Positions 48,782-60,229 of a DNA stretch of 64,000 bases are shown one piece after another. The position numbers and the translations under genes were made by a program. Source of the DNA: Eledone cirrhosa (Eukaryota); assembly GCA_964016885.1 (NCBI GenBank), contig OZ024744.1:132742001-132806000 (forward strand). The letters are read 5' to 3'. The notes beneath the pieces were generated by a model. That model saw only the letters and a list, made by a program, of their open reading frames with translations. It was not told the origin of the DNA and ran no database searches. Every line of letters starts with the position of its first letter. The first letter of the stretch is position 1.

Positions 48782-50520
48782 AGTCGGAGTTAAGTTAAGT
48801 TGGGGTTAAGTTAAGTTAGGCTTAACTTAAGTTGGGGTTAAGTTAAGTTGGGGGTAAATTAAGTTGGGGGTAAGTTAAGTTGGGGTTAAGTTAAGTTGGG
48901 GTTAAGTTAAGTGGTGGTTATGTTAAGTTGGGGTTAAGTTAAGTTGGGGTTAAATTAAGTTGGGGTTAAGTTATGTTGGGTGTATGTTAAGTTGGGGTTG
49001 AGTGAAGTTGGGGTTAAGTTAAGTTGGGGTTAAGTTAAGTTAGGGTTAATTTAAGTTGGGGTTATGTTAAGTTGGGGTTAAGTTAAGTTGGGGTTAAGTA
49101 GAGTTGGGGTTAAGTTAAGTTGGGGTTAAGTTAAGTTGGTGTTAAGTTGGGGTTAAGTTAAGTTGGGGTTAAGTTAAGTCGGGGTTAAGTTAAGTTGGGG
49201 TTGAGTTAAGTTGGGGTTAATTTAAGTTGAGGTTATGTTAAGTTGGGGTTAATTTAAGTTGGGGTTAATTTAAGTTGGGGTTAAGTTAAGTTGGGGTTAA
49301 GTTGAGGTTAAGTTAAGTTGTGGTTAAGTTAAGTTGGGGCTAAGTTAAGTTGGGGCTAAGTTAAGTTGGGGCTAAGTTAAGTTGGGGTTAAGTTAAGTTG
49401 GGGTTAAGTTAAGTTGGGTTTAATTTAAGTTGGGGTCAACTTAAGTTGGGGTTAATTTGAGTTGGGGTTAAATTAAGTTGGGGTTAATTTAAGTTGGGGC
49501 TAAGTTAAGTTGGGGCTGAGTTAAGTTGGGGTTAAGTTAAGTTGGGGTTAAGTTAAGTTGGGGTTAAGTTAATTTTGGGTCAAGTTAAGTTGTGGTTCAG
49601 TTAAGTTGGGGTTAAGTTAAGTTTGGGTTAATTTGGGGTTAAATTAAGTTGGGGTTAAGTTAAGTTGGGGTTAAGTTAAGTTGGGGTTAAGTTAAGTTGG
49701 GGTTAAGTTAAGTTGGGGTTAAGTTAAGTCGGGGTTAAGTTAAGTCGGTGTTAAGTTAAGTTAGGGTTAAGTTAAGTTGGGGTTAAGTTAAGTTGGCTTT
49801 AAGTTAAGCTGGGGTTAAGTTAAGTTGGGGTTAAATTAAGTTGGGGTTAAGTTAAGTTGGGGTTAGGTTAAGTTTGGGTTAGGTTAAGTTGGGGTTAAAT
49901 TAAGTTGGGGTTAAGTTAAGTTGGGGTTAAGTTAAGTTGGGGTTAGGTTAAGTTGGGGATAAGTTAAGTTGGGGATAATTTAAGTTGGGGTTAAGTTAAG
50001 TTGGGTTTAAGTTAAGCTGGGGTTAAGTTAAGTTGGGGTTAAATTAAGTTGGGGTTAAGTTAAGTTGGGGTTAAGTTAAGTTTGGGTTAGGTTAAGTTGG
50101 GGATTAGTTAAGTTGGGGATAAGTTAAGTTGGGGTTAAGTTAAGTTGGGTTTAAGTTAAGTTGTGGTTAAGTTAAGTTGGGGTTAAGTTAAGTTGGGGGT
50201 TAAGTTAAGTTGGGGTTAGTTAAGTTTAGTTTAAGTTAAGTTGGGGTTAATTTAAGTTGGGGTTAAGTTAAGTTGGGGTTCAGTTAAGTTGGGGATAAGT
50301 CAAGTTGGGGTTAAGTTAAGTTGGGGTTAAGTTAAGTTGGGGTTAGGTTAAGTTGGGGATAAGTTAAGTTGGGGATAAGCTAAGTTGGGGTTAAGTTAAG
50401 TTGGGTTTAAGTTAAGTTGGGGTTCAGTTAAGTTGGGGTTAAATTAAGTTGGAGATAAGTTAAGCTGGGGTTAAATTAAGTTGGGGTTAAGTTAAGTTGG
50501 GGTTAGGTTAAGTTGGGGTT

Positions 50521-50815
50521 AACCCCAACTTAACTTAACCCCAACTTAACTTAGCCCAACTTCACTCAACCCCAACTTAACTTAACCCCAACTTCACTCA
50601 ACCCCAACTTAACTCAACCCCAACTTAAGTTAACCCCAACTTAACTTAACCCTAACTTAACTTAACCCCGACTTAACTTAACCCCGACTTAACTTAACCC
50701 CAACTTAACTTAACCCCAACTTAACTTAACCCCAACTTAACTTAATCCCAACTTGACTTAACCCCAACTTAACTCACACCCAACTTAACTTACCCCCAAC
50801 TTAACTTAACCCCAA
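50521..50815 (-). repeat. Inverted satellite tract, B-like diverged
   Basis: Palindromic start, ends with the variant ccccaaaatcggagttacg. Confidence 0.94.
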
Positions 50816-51542
50816 AATCGGAGTTACGTTAAGTTGGGGTTAAGTTAAGTTAGGCTTAACTTAAGTTGGGCTTAAGTTAAGTTGGGGGTAAGTTAAGTTG
50901 GGGGTAAGTTAAGTTGGGGTTAAGTTAAGTTGGGGTTAAGTTAAGTGGTGGTTATGTTAAGTTGGGGTTAAGTTAAGTTGAGGTTAAATTAAGTTGGGGT
51001 TAAGTTAAGTTGGGTGTAAGTTAAGTTGGGGTTGAGTGAAGTTGGGGTTAAGTTAAGTTGGGGTTAAGTAGAGTTGGGGTTAAGTTAAGTTGGGGTTAAA
51101 TTAAGTTGGTGTTAAGTTGGGGTTAAGTTAAGTTGGGGTTAAGTTGGGGTTAAGTTAAGTGGTGGTTATGTTAAGTTGGGGTTAACTTAAGTTGGGGTTA
51201 ATTTAAATTGGGGTTAAGTTAAGTTGTGGTTAAGTTAAGTTGGGATTAAGTTAAGTTGGGGTTGAGGGAAGTTGGGGTTAAGTTAAGTTGGGGTTAACTT
51301 AAGTTGGGTTTAAGTTAAGTTGCGGTTAAGTTAAGTTGGGGTTAAGTTAAGTTGGGGTTAAGTTAAGTCGGGGTTAAGTTAAGTTGGGGTTGAGTTAAGT
51401 TGGGGTTAATTTAAGTTGAGGTTATGTTAAGTTGGGGTTAATTTAAGTTGGGGTTAAGTTAAGTTGGGGTCAAGTTAAGTTGGGGTTAATTTAAGTTGGG
51501 GTTAAGTTCAGTTGGGGTTAATTTAAGTTGGGGTTAAGTTAA

Positions 51543-51742
51543 NNNNNNNNNNNNNNNNNNNNNNNNNNNNNNNNNNNNNNNNNNNNNNNNNNNNNNNNNN
51601 NNNNNNNNNNNNNNNNNNNNNNNNNNNNNNNNNNNNNNNNNNNNNNNNNNNNNNNNNNNNNNNNNNNNNNNNNNNNNNNNNNNNNNNNNNNNNNNNNNNN
51701 NNNNNNNNNNNNNNNNNNNNNNNNNNNNNNNNNNNNNNNNNN
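51543..51742. other. Assembly gap (200 N)
   Basis: A run of exactly 200 N. The round size is typical of an unsized scaffolding join. Confidence 0.99.
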
Positions 51743-51975
51743 TTTTAACCTAACCTAATTTAACCTAACCTAATTTTAACCTAACCTAATTTTAACCCTA
51801 ACCTAATTTTAACCTAACCTAATTTTAACCTAACCTAATTTTAACCTAACCTAATTTTAACCTAACCTAATTTTAACCTAACCTAATTTTAACCTAACCT
51901 AATTTTAACCAAACCTAAATTTAACCAACCTAATTTAACCAACCTAATTTAACCTAACCTAATTTTACCCCTAAC
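51743..51975 (-). repeat. 16-bp tandem repeat (TTAGGTTAGGTTAAAA)n on the - strand, containing the arthropod telomere pentamer TTAGG
   Basis: The + strand reads (ttttaacctaacctaa)n for about 10 clean units and then degrades. Confidence 0.85.
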
Positions 51976-53100
51976 CTCCTATAACCAAACAAAAAAAACT
52001 AAACAATAATCTCTCTCAACCCTATACCATAAACCAACAACCCAACCACCAAACCAACCCCAATACAACCCAACACCCAACCCCAACCCCAACCACCCCC
52101 AACCCAACCCCCCCCAACCAACCCCCCCAACCCAACCCCCCAACCCAACCCCCCAACCAACCACCCCACCCAACCCCCCAACCCACCCCCCAACCCAACC
52201 CCCCAACCAACCCCCCAACCAACCCCCAACCCAACCCCCCAACCCAACCCCCAACCAACCCCCCCAACCAACCCCCCCCCAACCCCCCACCCAACCCCAA
52301 CCAACCCCCCCAACCCCAACCCCCAACCAACCCCCCCCCAACCAACCCCCCAACCCAACCCCCAACAACCCACCACCCCCCAACCAACCCCCCACCCAAC
52401 CCCCAACAACCCCCCAACCAACCCCCCCCAACCCAACCCCCCCCAACCAACCCCCAACCAACCCCCCCCAACCCAACCCCCCCAACCCCAACCCCCCCCA
52501 ACCCACCCCCCCAAACCAACCCCCCCCCAACCCCACCACCCCCACCAACCCAACCCCACCAACCCAACCCCCAACCCCAACCCCCCCAACCAACCCCCCC
52601 CAACCCACCCCCCCCCAACCAACCCCCCCCCAACCCAACCCCCCCAACCAACCCCCCCAACCCAACCCCCCAACCAAACCCCCAACCAAACCCCCACCAA
52701 CCCCAAAACCCCAACCCAACCCCCCCCCAAACCAACCCCCCCCAAACCAACCCCCCCCCAACCAACCCACCAACCACCCCCCAAACAACACCCCCCAACA
52801 ACCCAACACCCCCCAACCAACCAACCCCCCCCAACCAACCCCCCAACCAAACCCCAAACCACCCCCAACAAACCCTCCCCCCAACCACAACCCCCAACAC
52901 AACTCCCCCCAACAACAAACCCCCACTAACCAACCCCCACAACCCTAACCCCACTACAACCAAACTAACCCCACAAACAAACCCCCCACAAACTAACCCA
53001 CCTACAACCCCACTCAATATCCCCAACCTAAACTACTCCCCCAACTAACTAACCCAACAACACTCAACCCCACATATTAACCCCAACATAACTAACCCCC
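51976..53100. repeat. C/A-rich low-complexity tract grading into the satellite; probable low-quality consensus
   Basis: Almost only c and a (ccccaaccaacccc...) with irregular homopolymer lengths. T reappears progressively after ~52900. Confidence 0.85.
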
Positions 53101-53129
53101 AACTAACTTACCCCAACTTAACTTAACCA

Positions 53130-56100
53130 CAAATAACTTAACCCCAACTTAACTTAACCCCAACTTAACTTAACCCCAACTTAACTTAAACCTAACTTAA
53201 CTTAACCCCAACTAACCCCAACTTAACTTGACCCCAACTTAACTTAACCCCAACTTAACTCAACCCCAACTTAACTTAACCCCAACTTAACTCAGCCCCA
53301 AATTAACTCAGCCCCAACTTAACTTAGCCCCAACTTACCTTAACACCAACTTAACTTAACCCCAACTTAACTTAACCCCAACTTAACTTAACCCCAACTT
53401 AACTTATCCCCAACTTAACTGAACCCCAACTTAACTTAACCCCAACTTAATATAACCCCAACTTAACTAACCCCAACTTAACTCAACCCCAACTTAAATT
53501 AACCCCAACTTAAATTAACCTCAACTTAACTTAACACCAACTTAACGTAACCCCAACTTAACTTAACCCCAACTTAACTTAAACCTAACTTAACTTAACC
53601 CCAACTTAACCCCAACTTAACTTGACCCCAACTTAACTTAACCTCAACTTAACTTAACCCCAACTTAACTTAACCACATCTTAACTTAACCCCAACTTAA
53701 CTTAACCCCAACTTAACTTAACCCCAACTTAAATTAACCCCAACTTAACTTAACCCCAACTTAACTTAACCCCGACTTAACTTAACCCCAACTTAACTTA
53801 ACCCCAACTTAACTTAACCCCAACTTAACTTAACCACAATTAACTTAACCCCAACTTAACTTAACCCCAACTTAACTTACCCCAACTTAACTTAACCCCA
53901 ACTTAATTAAACCTAACCTAACTTAACCCCAACTTAACCCCAACTTAACTTGACCCCAACTTAACTTAACCCCAACTTAACTCAACCCCAACTTAACTTA
54001 ACCCCAACTTAACTCAGCCCCAACTTAACTCAGCCCCAACTTAACTTAGCCACAACTTAACTTAACACCAACTTAACTTAACCCCAACTTAACTTAACCC
54101 CAACTTAACTTAACCCCAACTTAACTTATCCCCAACTTAACTGAACCCCAACTTAACTTAACCCCAACTTAATATAACCCCAACTTAACTCAACCCCAAC
54201 TTAAATTAACCCCAACTTAACTTATCCCCAACTTAACTTAACCCCAACTTAATTAACCCCAACTTAAATTAACCCCAACTTAACTTAACACCAACTTAAC
54301 GTAACCCCAACTTAACTTAACCCCAACTTAACTTAAACCTAACTTAACTTAACCCCAACTTAACCCCAACTTAACTTGACCCCAACTTAACTTAACCCCA
54401 ACTTAACTCAACCCCAACTTAACTTAACCCCAACTTAACTTAGCCCCAACTTAACTTAACACCAACTTAACTTAACCCCAACTGAACTTAACCCCAACTT
54501 AACTTAACCCCAACTTAACTTATCCCCAACTTAACTGAACCCCAACTTAACTGAACCCCAACTTAAATTAACCCCAACTTAACTTAACCCCAACTTAACT
54601 TAACCCCAACTTAACTCAACACCAACTTAACTCAACCCCAACTTAACTCAACCCCAATTTAACTCAACCCCAACTTAACTCAACCCCAACTTAACTTAAC
54701 CCCAACTTAACTGAACCCTAACTTAACTTAACCCCGACTTAACTTAACCCCGACTTAACTTAACCCCAACTTAACTTAACCCCAACTTAACTCAACCCCA
54801 ACTTAACTTAACCCCAACTTAATTTAACCCCATCTTAACCCCAACTTAACTTAACCCCAACTTAACTGAACCCCAACTTAATTTAACACCAACTTAACGT
54901 AACCCCAACTTAAATAAACCCCAACTTAAATTAACCCCAACTTAACTTAACCCCAACTTAACTTAACCCCAACTTAACTTAACCCCAACTTAACTTACCC
55001 CCAACTTAACTTAACCCCAACTTAACTTAAACCCAACTTAACTTAACCCCAACTTAACTTAACCCCAACTTAATTTAACGCCAACTTAACTTAACCTCAA
55101 CTTAACTTAACCCCAACTTAACTTAACCCCAACTTAACTTAACCCCAACTTAATTTAACCCCAACTTAACTTAACCTCAACTTAACTTAGCCCCAACTTA
55201 ACTTAACCCCAACTTAAATTAACCCCAACTTAACTTAACCCCAACTTAACTTAACCCCGACTTAACTTAACCCCAACTTAACTTAACCGCAACTTAACTT
55301 AACCCCAACTTAACTTAACCACAAATTAACTTAACCCCAACTTAACTTAACCCCAACTTAACTTAACCCCAACTTAACTTAACCCCAACTTAACTTAAAC
55401 CTAACTTAACTTAACCCCAACTTAACCCCAACTTAACTTGACCCCAACTTAACTTAACCCCAACTTAACTCAACCCCAACTTAACTTAACCCCAACTTAA
55501 CTCAGCCCCAACTTAACTCAGCCCCAACTTAACTTAGCCCCAACTTAACTTAACACCAACTTAACTTAACCCCAACTTAACTTAACCCCAACTTAACTTA
55601 ACCCCAACTTAACTTATCCCCAACTTAACTGAACCCCAACTTAACTCAACCCCAACTTAAATTAACCCCAACTTAACTTAACCCCAACTTAACTTAACCC
55701 CAACTTAACTTAACCCCAACTTAACATAACCAACACTTAACTTAACCCCAACTTAACATAACCAACACTTAACTCAACCCCAACTTAACTTGCCCCCAAC
55801 TTAACTTACCCCCAACTTAACTTAACCCCAACTTAATTTAACCCCAACTTAATTTAACCCCAACTTAACTTAACCCCAACTTAACTTAACCCCAACTTAA
55901 CTTAACCCCAACTTAATTTAACCTCAACTTAACTCAACCCCAACTTAATTTAACCCCAACTTAACTTAACCCCAACTTAACTTAACCCCAACTTAATTAG
56001 ACCCAACTTAAATTAACCCCAACTTAACTTACCCCCAACTTAACTTGCCCCCAACTTAACTTAACCACAACCTAACTTAACCCCAACTTAACTTAACCCC

Positions 56101-59100
56101 AACTTAACTTAACCCCAACTTAACTTAACCCCAACTTAATTTAACCCCAACTTAACTCAACCCAACTTAACTTAACCCTAACTTAACCCCAAATTAACTT
56201 AACCCCAACTTAACTTAACCCCATCTTAACTTACCCCCAACTTAACTTACCACCAACTTAACTTACCCCCAACTTAACTTAACCCCAACTTAACTTAACC
56301 CCAACTTAACTTAACCCCAACTTAAATTAACCCCAACTTAACTTAACCCCAACTTAACTTAACCCCAACTTAAATTAACCGCAACTTAACTTAACCCCAA
56401 CTCAACTTAACCCCAACTTAACTTAACCCTAACTTAACTTAACCCCAACTTAACCCCAACTTAACTTAACCCCATCTTAACTTAACCCCAACTTAACTTA
56501 ACCCCAACTTAACTTAACCCCAACTTTATTTAACCCCAACTTAACTCAACCCAACTTAACTTAACCCTAACTTAACCCCAAATTAACTTAACCCCAACTT
56601 AACTTAACCCCATCTTAACTTACCCCCAACTTAACTTACCACCAACTTAACTTACCACCAACTTAACTTACCCCCAACTTAACTTAACCCCAACTTAACT
56701 TAACCCCAACTTAACTTAACCCCAACTTAACTTAAACCTAACTTAACTTAACCCCAACTTAACCCCAACTTAACTTGACCCCAACTTAACTTAACCCCAA
56801 CTTAACTCAACCCCAACTTAACTTAACCCCAACTTAACTCAGCCCCAAATTAACTCAGCCCCAACTTAACTTAGCCCCAACTTACCTTAACACCAACTTA
56901 ACTTAACCCCAACTTAACTTAACCCCAACTTAACTTAACCCCAACTTAACTTATCCCCAACTTAACTGAACCCCAACTTAACTTAACCCCAACTTAATAT
57001 AACCCCAACTTAACTTAACCCCAACTTAACTCAACCCCAACTTAAATTAACCCCAACTTAAATTAACCTCAACTTAACTTAACACCAACTTAACGTAACC
57101 CCAACTTAACTTAACCCCAACTTAACTTAAACCTAACTTAACTTAACCCCAACTTAACCCCAACTTAACTTGACCCCAACTTAACTTAACCTCAACTTAA
57201 CTTAACCCCAACTTAACTTAACCACATCTTAACTTAACCCCAACTTAACTTAACCCCAACTTAACTTAACCCCAACTTAAATTAACCCCAACTTAACTTA
57301 ACCCCAACTTAACTTAACCCCGACTTAACTTAACCCCAACTTAACTTAACCCCAACTTAACTTAACCCCAACTTAACTTAACCACAAATTAACTTAACCC
57401 CAACTTAACTTAACCCCAACTTAACTTAACCCCAACTTAACTTAACCCCAACTTAATTAAACCTAACCTAACTTAACCCCAACTTAACCCCAACTTAACT
57501 TGACCCCAACTTAACTTAACCCCAACTTAACTCAACCCCAACTTAACTTAACCCCAACTTAACTCAGCCCCAACTTAACTCAGCCCCAACTTAACTTAGC
57601 CACAACTTAACTTAACACCAACTTAACTTAACCCCAACTTAACTTAACCCCAACTTAACTTAACCCCAACTTAACTTATCCCCAACTTAACTGAACCCCA
57701 ACTTAACTTAACCCCAACTTAATATAACCCCAACTTAACTCAACCCCAACTTAAATTAACCCCAACTTAACTTATCCCCAACTTAACTTAACCCCAACTT
57801 AATTAACCCCAACTTAAATTAACCCCAACTTAACTTAACACCAACTTAACGTAACCCCAACTTAACTTAACCCCAACTTAACTTAAACCTAACTTAACTT
57901 AACCCCAACTTAACCCCAACTTAACTTGACCCCAACTTAACTTAACCCCAACTTAACTCAACCCCAACTTAACTTAACCCCAACTTAACTTAGCCCCAAC
58001 TTAACTTAACACCAACTTAACTTAACCCCAACTGAACTTAACCCCAACTTAACTTAACCCCAACTTAACTTATCCCCAACTTAACTGAACCCCAACTTAA
58101 CTGAACCCCAACTTAAATTAACCCCAACTTAACTTAACCCCAACTTAACTTAACCCCAACTTAACTCAACACCAACTTAACTCAACCCCAACTTAACTCA
58201 ACCCCAATTTAACTCAACCCCAACTTAACTCAACCCCAACTTAACTTAACCCCAACTTAACTGAACCCTAACTTAACTTAACCCCGACTTAACTTAACCC
58301 CGACTTAACTTAACCCCAACTTAACTTAACCCCAACTTAACTCAACCCCAACTTAACTTAACCCCAACTTAATTTAACCCCATCTTAACCCCAACTTAAC
58401 TTAACCCCAACTTAACTGAACCCCAACTTAATTTAACACCAACTTAACGTAACCCCAACTTAAATAAACCCCAACTTAAATTAACCCCAACTTAACTTAA
58501 CCCCAACTTAACTTAACCCCAACTTAACTTAACCCCAACTTAACTTACCCCCAACTTAACTTAACCCCAACTTAACTTAAACCCAACTTAACTTAACCCC
58601 AACTTAACTTAACCCCAACTTAATTTAACGCCAACTTAACTTAACCTCAACTTAACTTAACCCCAACTTAACTTAACCCCAACTTAACTTAACCCCAACT
58701 TAATTTAACCCCAACTTAACTTAACCTCAACTTAACTTAGCCCCAACTTAACTTAACCCCAACTTAAATTAACCCCAACTTAACTTAACCCCAACTTAAC
58801 TTAACCCCGACTTAACTTAACCCCAACTTAACTTAACCGCAACTTAACTTAACCCCAACTTAACTTAACCACAAATTAACTTAACCCCAACTTAACTTAA
58901 CCCCAACTTAACTTAACCCCAACTTAACTTAACCCCAACTTAACTTAAACCTAACTTAACTTAACCCCAACTTAACCCCAACTTAACTTGACCCCAACTT
59001 AACTTAACCCCAACTTAACTCAACCCCAACTTAACTTAACCCCAACTTAACTCAGCCCCAACTTAACTCAGCCCCAACTTAACTTAGCCCCAACTTAACT

Positions 59101-60205
59101 TAACACCAACTTAACTTAACCCCAACTTAACTTAACCCCAACTTAACTTAACCCCAACTTAACTTATCCCCAACTTAACTGAACCCCAACTTAACTCAAC
59201 CCCAACTTAAATTAACCCCAACTTAACTTAACCCCAACTTAACTTAACCCCAACTTAACTTAACCCCAACTTAACATAACCAACACTTAACTTAACCCCA
59301 ACTTAACATAACCAACACTTAACTCAACCCCAACTTAACTTGCCCCCAACTTAACTTACCCCCAACTTAACTTAACCCCAACTTAATTTAACCCCAACTT
59401 AATTTAACCCCAACTTAACTTAACCCCAACTTAACTTAACCCCAACTTAACTTAACCCCAACTTAATTTAACCTCAACTTAACTCAACCCCAACTTAATT
59501 TAACCCCAACTTAACTTAACCCCAACTTAACTTAACCCCAACTTAATTAGACCCAACTTAAATTAACCCCAACTTAACTTACCCCCAACTTAACTTGCCC
59601 CCAACTTAACTTAACCACAACCTAACTTAACCCCAACTTAACTTAACCCCAACTTAACTTAACCCCAACTTAACTTAACCCCAACTTAATTTAACCCCAA
59701 CTTAACTCAACCCAACTTAACTTAACCCTAACTTAACCCCAAATTAACTTAACCCCAACTTAACTTAACCCCATCTTAACTTACCCCCAACTTAACTTAC
59801 CACCAACTTAACTTACCCCCAACTTAACTTAACCCCAACTTAACTTAACCCCAACTTAACTTAACCCCAACTTAAATTAACCCCAACTTAACTTAACCCC
59901 AACTTAACTTAACCCCAACTTAAATTAACCGCAACTTAACTTAACCCCAACTCAACTTAACCCCAACTTAACTTAACCCTAACTTAACTTAACCCCAACT
60001 TAACCCCAACTTAACTTAACCCCATCTTAACTTAACCCCAACTTAACTTAACCCCAACTTAACTTAACCCCAACTTTATTTAACCCCAACTTAACTCAAC
60101 CCAACTTAACTTAACCCTAACTTAACCCCAAATTAACTTAACCCCAACTTAACTTAACCCCATCTTAACTTACCCCCAACTTAACTTACCACCAACTTAA
60201 CTTAC
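53130..60205 (-). repeat. Higher-order tandem duplication, period 3550 bp
   Basis: Landmarks at +3550: 54001/57551 (ctcagcccc...ttagccacaa), taaataaacc 54911/58461, caactttatt 56521/60071. Confidence 0.9.
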
Positions 60206-60229
60206 CCCCAACTTAACTTAACCCCAACT

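Larger units (their letters stand above)
1..51542 (+). repeat. 16-bp satellite array (TTAAGTTAAGTTGGGG)n, G-rich strand on +, interrupted by AT-rich islands and short inverted tracts
   Basis: The monomer ttaag-ttaag-ttgggg is read directly throughout. There are many single-base variants (ttgag, ttaat, ttagg, tcgggg, ttgcgg) and 11-bp deletion monomers ttaagttgggg. Length/16 suggests roughly 2,900 monomers. Confidence 0.98.

Noticed and set aside
1-51542. Actively telomerase-synthesised telomere tract
   Set aside because: Abundant variants copied in register, internal inversions and islands are incompatible with fresh templated addition. Only a derived or recombination-maintained origin is retained.
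51979-53026. Three overlapping - strand ORFs (315, 290 and 334 aa; Gly/Trp/Val/Leu-rich)
   Set aside because: All three frames are open only because the G/T-only strand lacks the A needed for stop codons. The composition is what random G/T codons give, there is no domain, and the ORFs lie in probable low-quality sequence.
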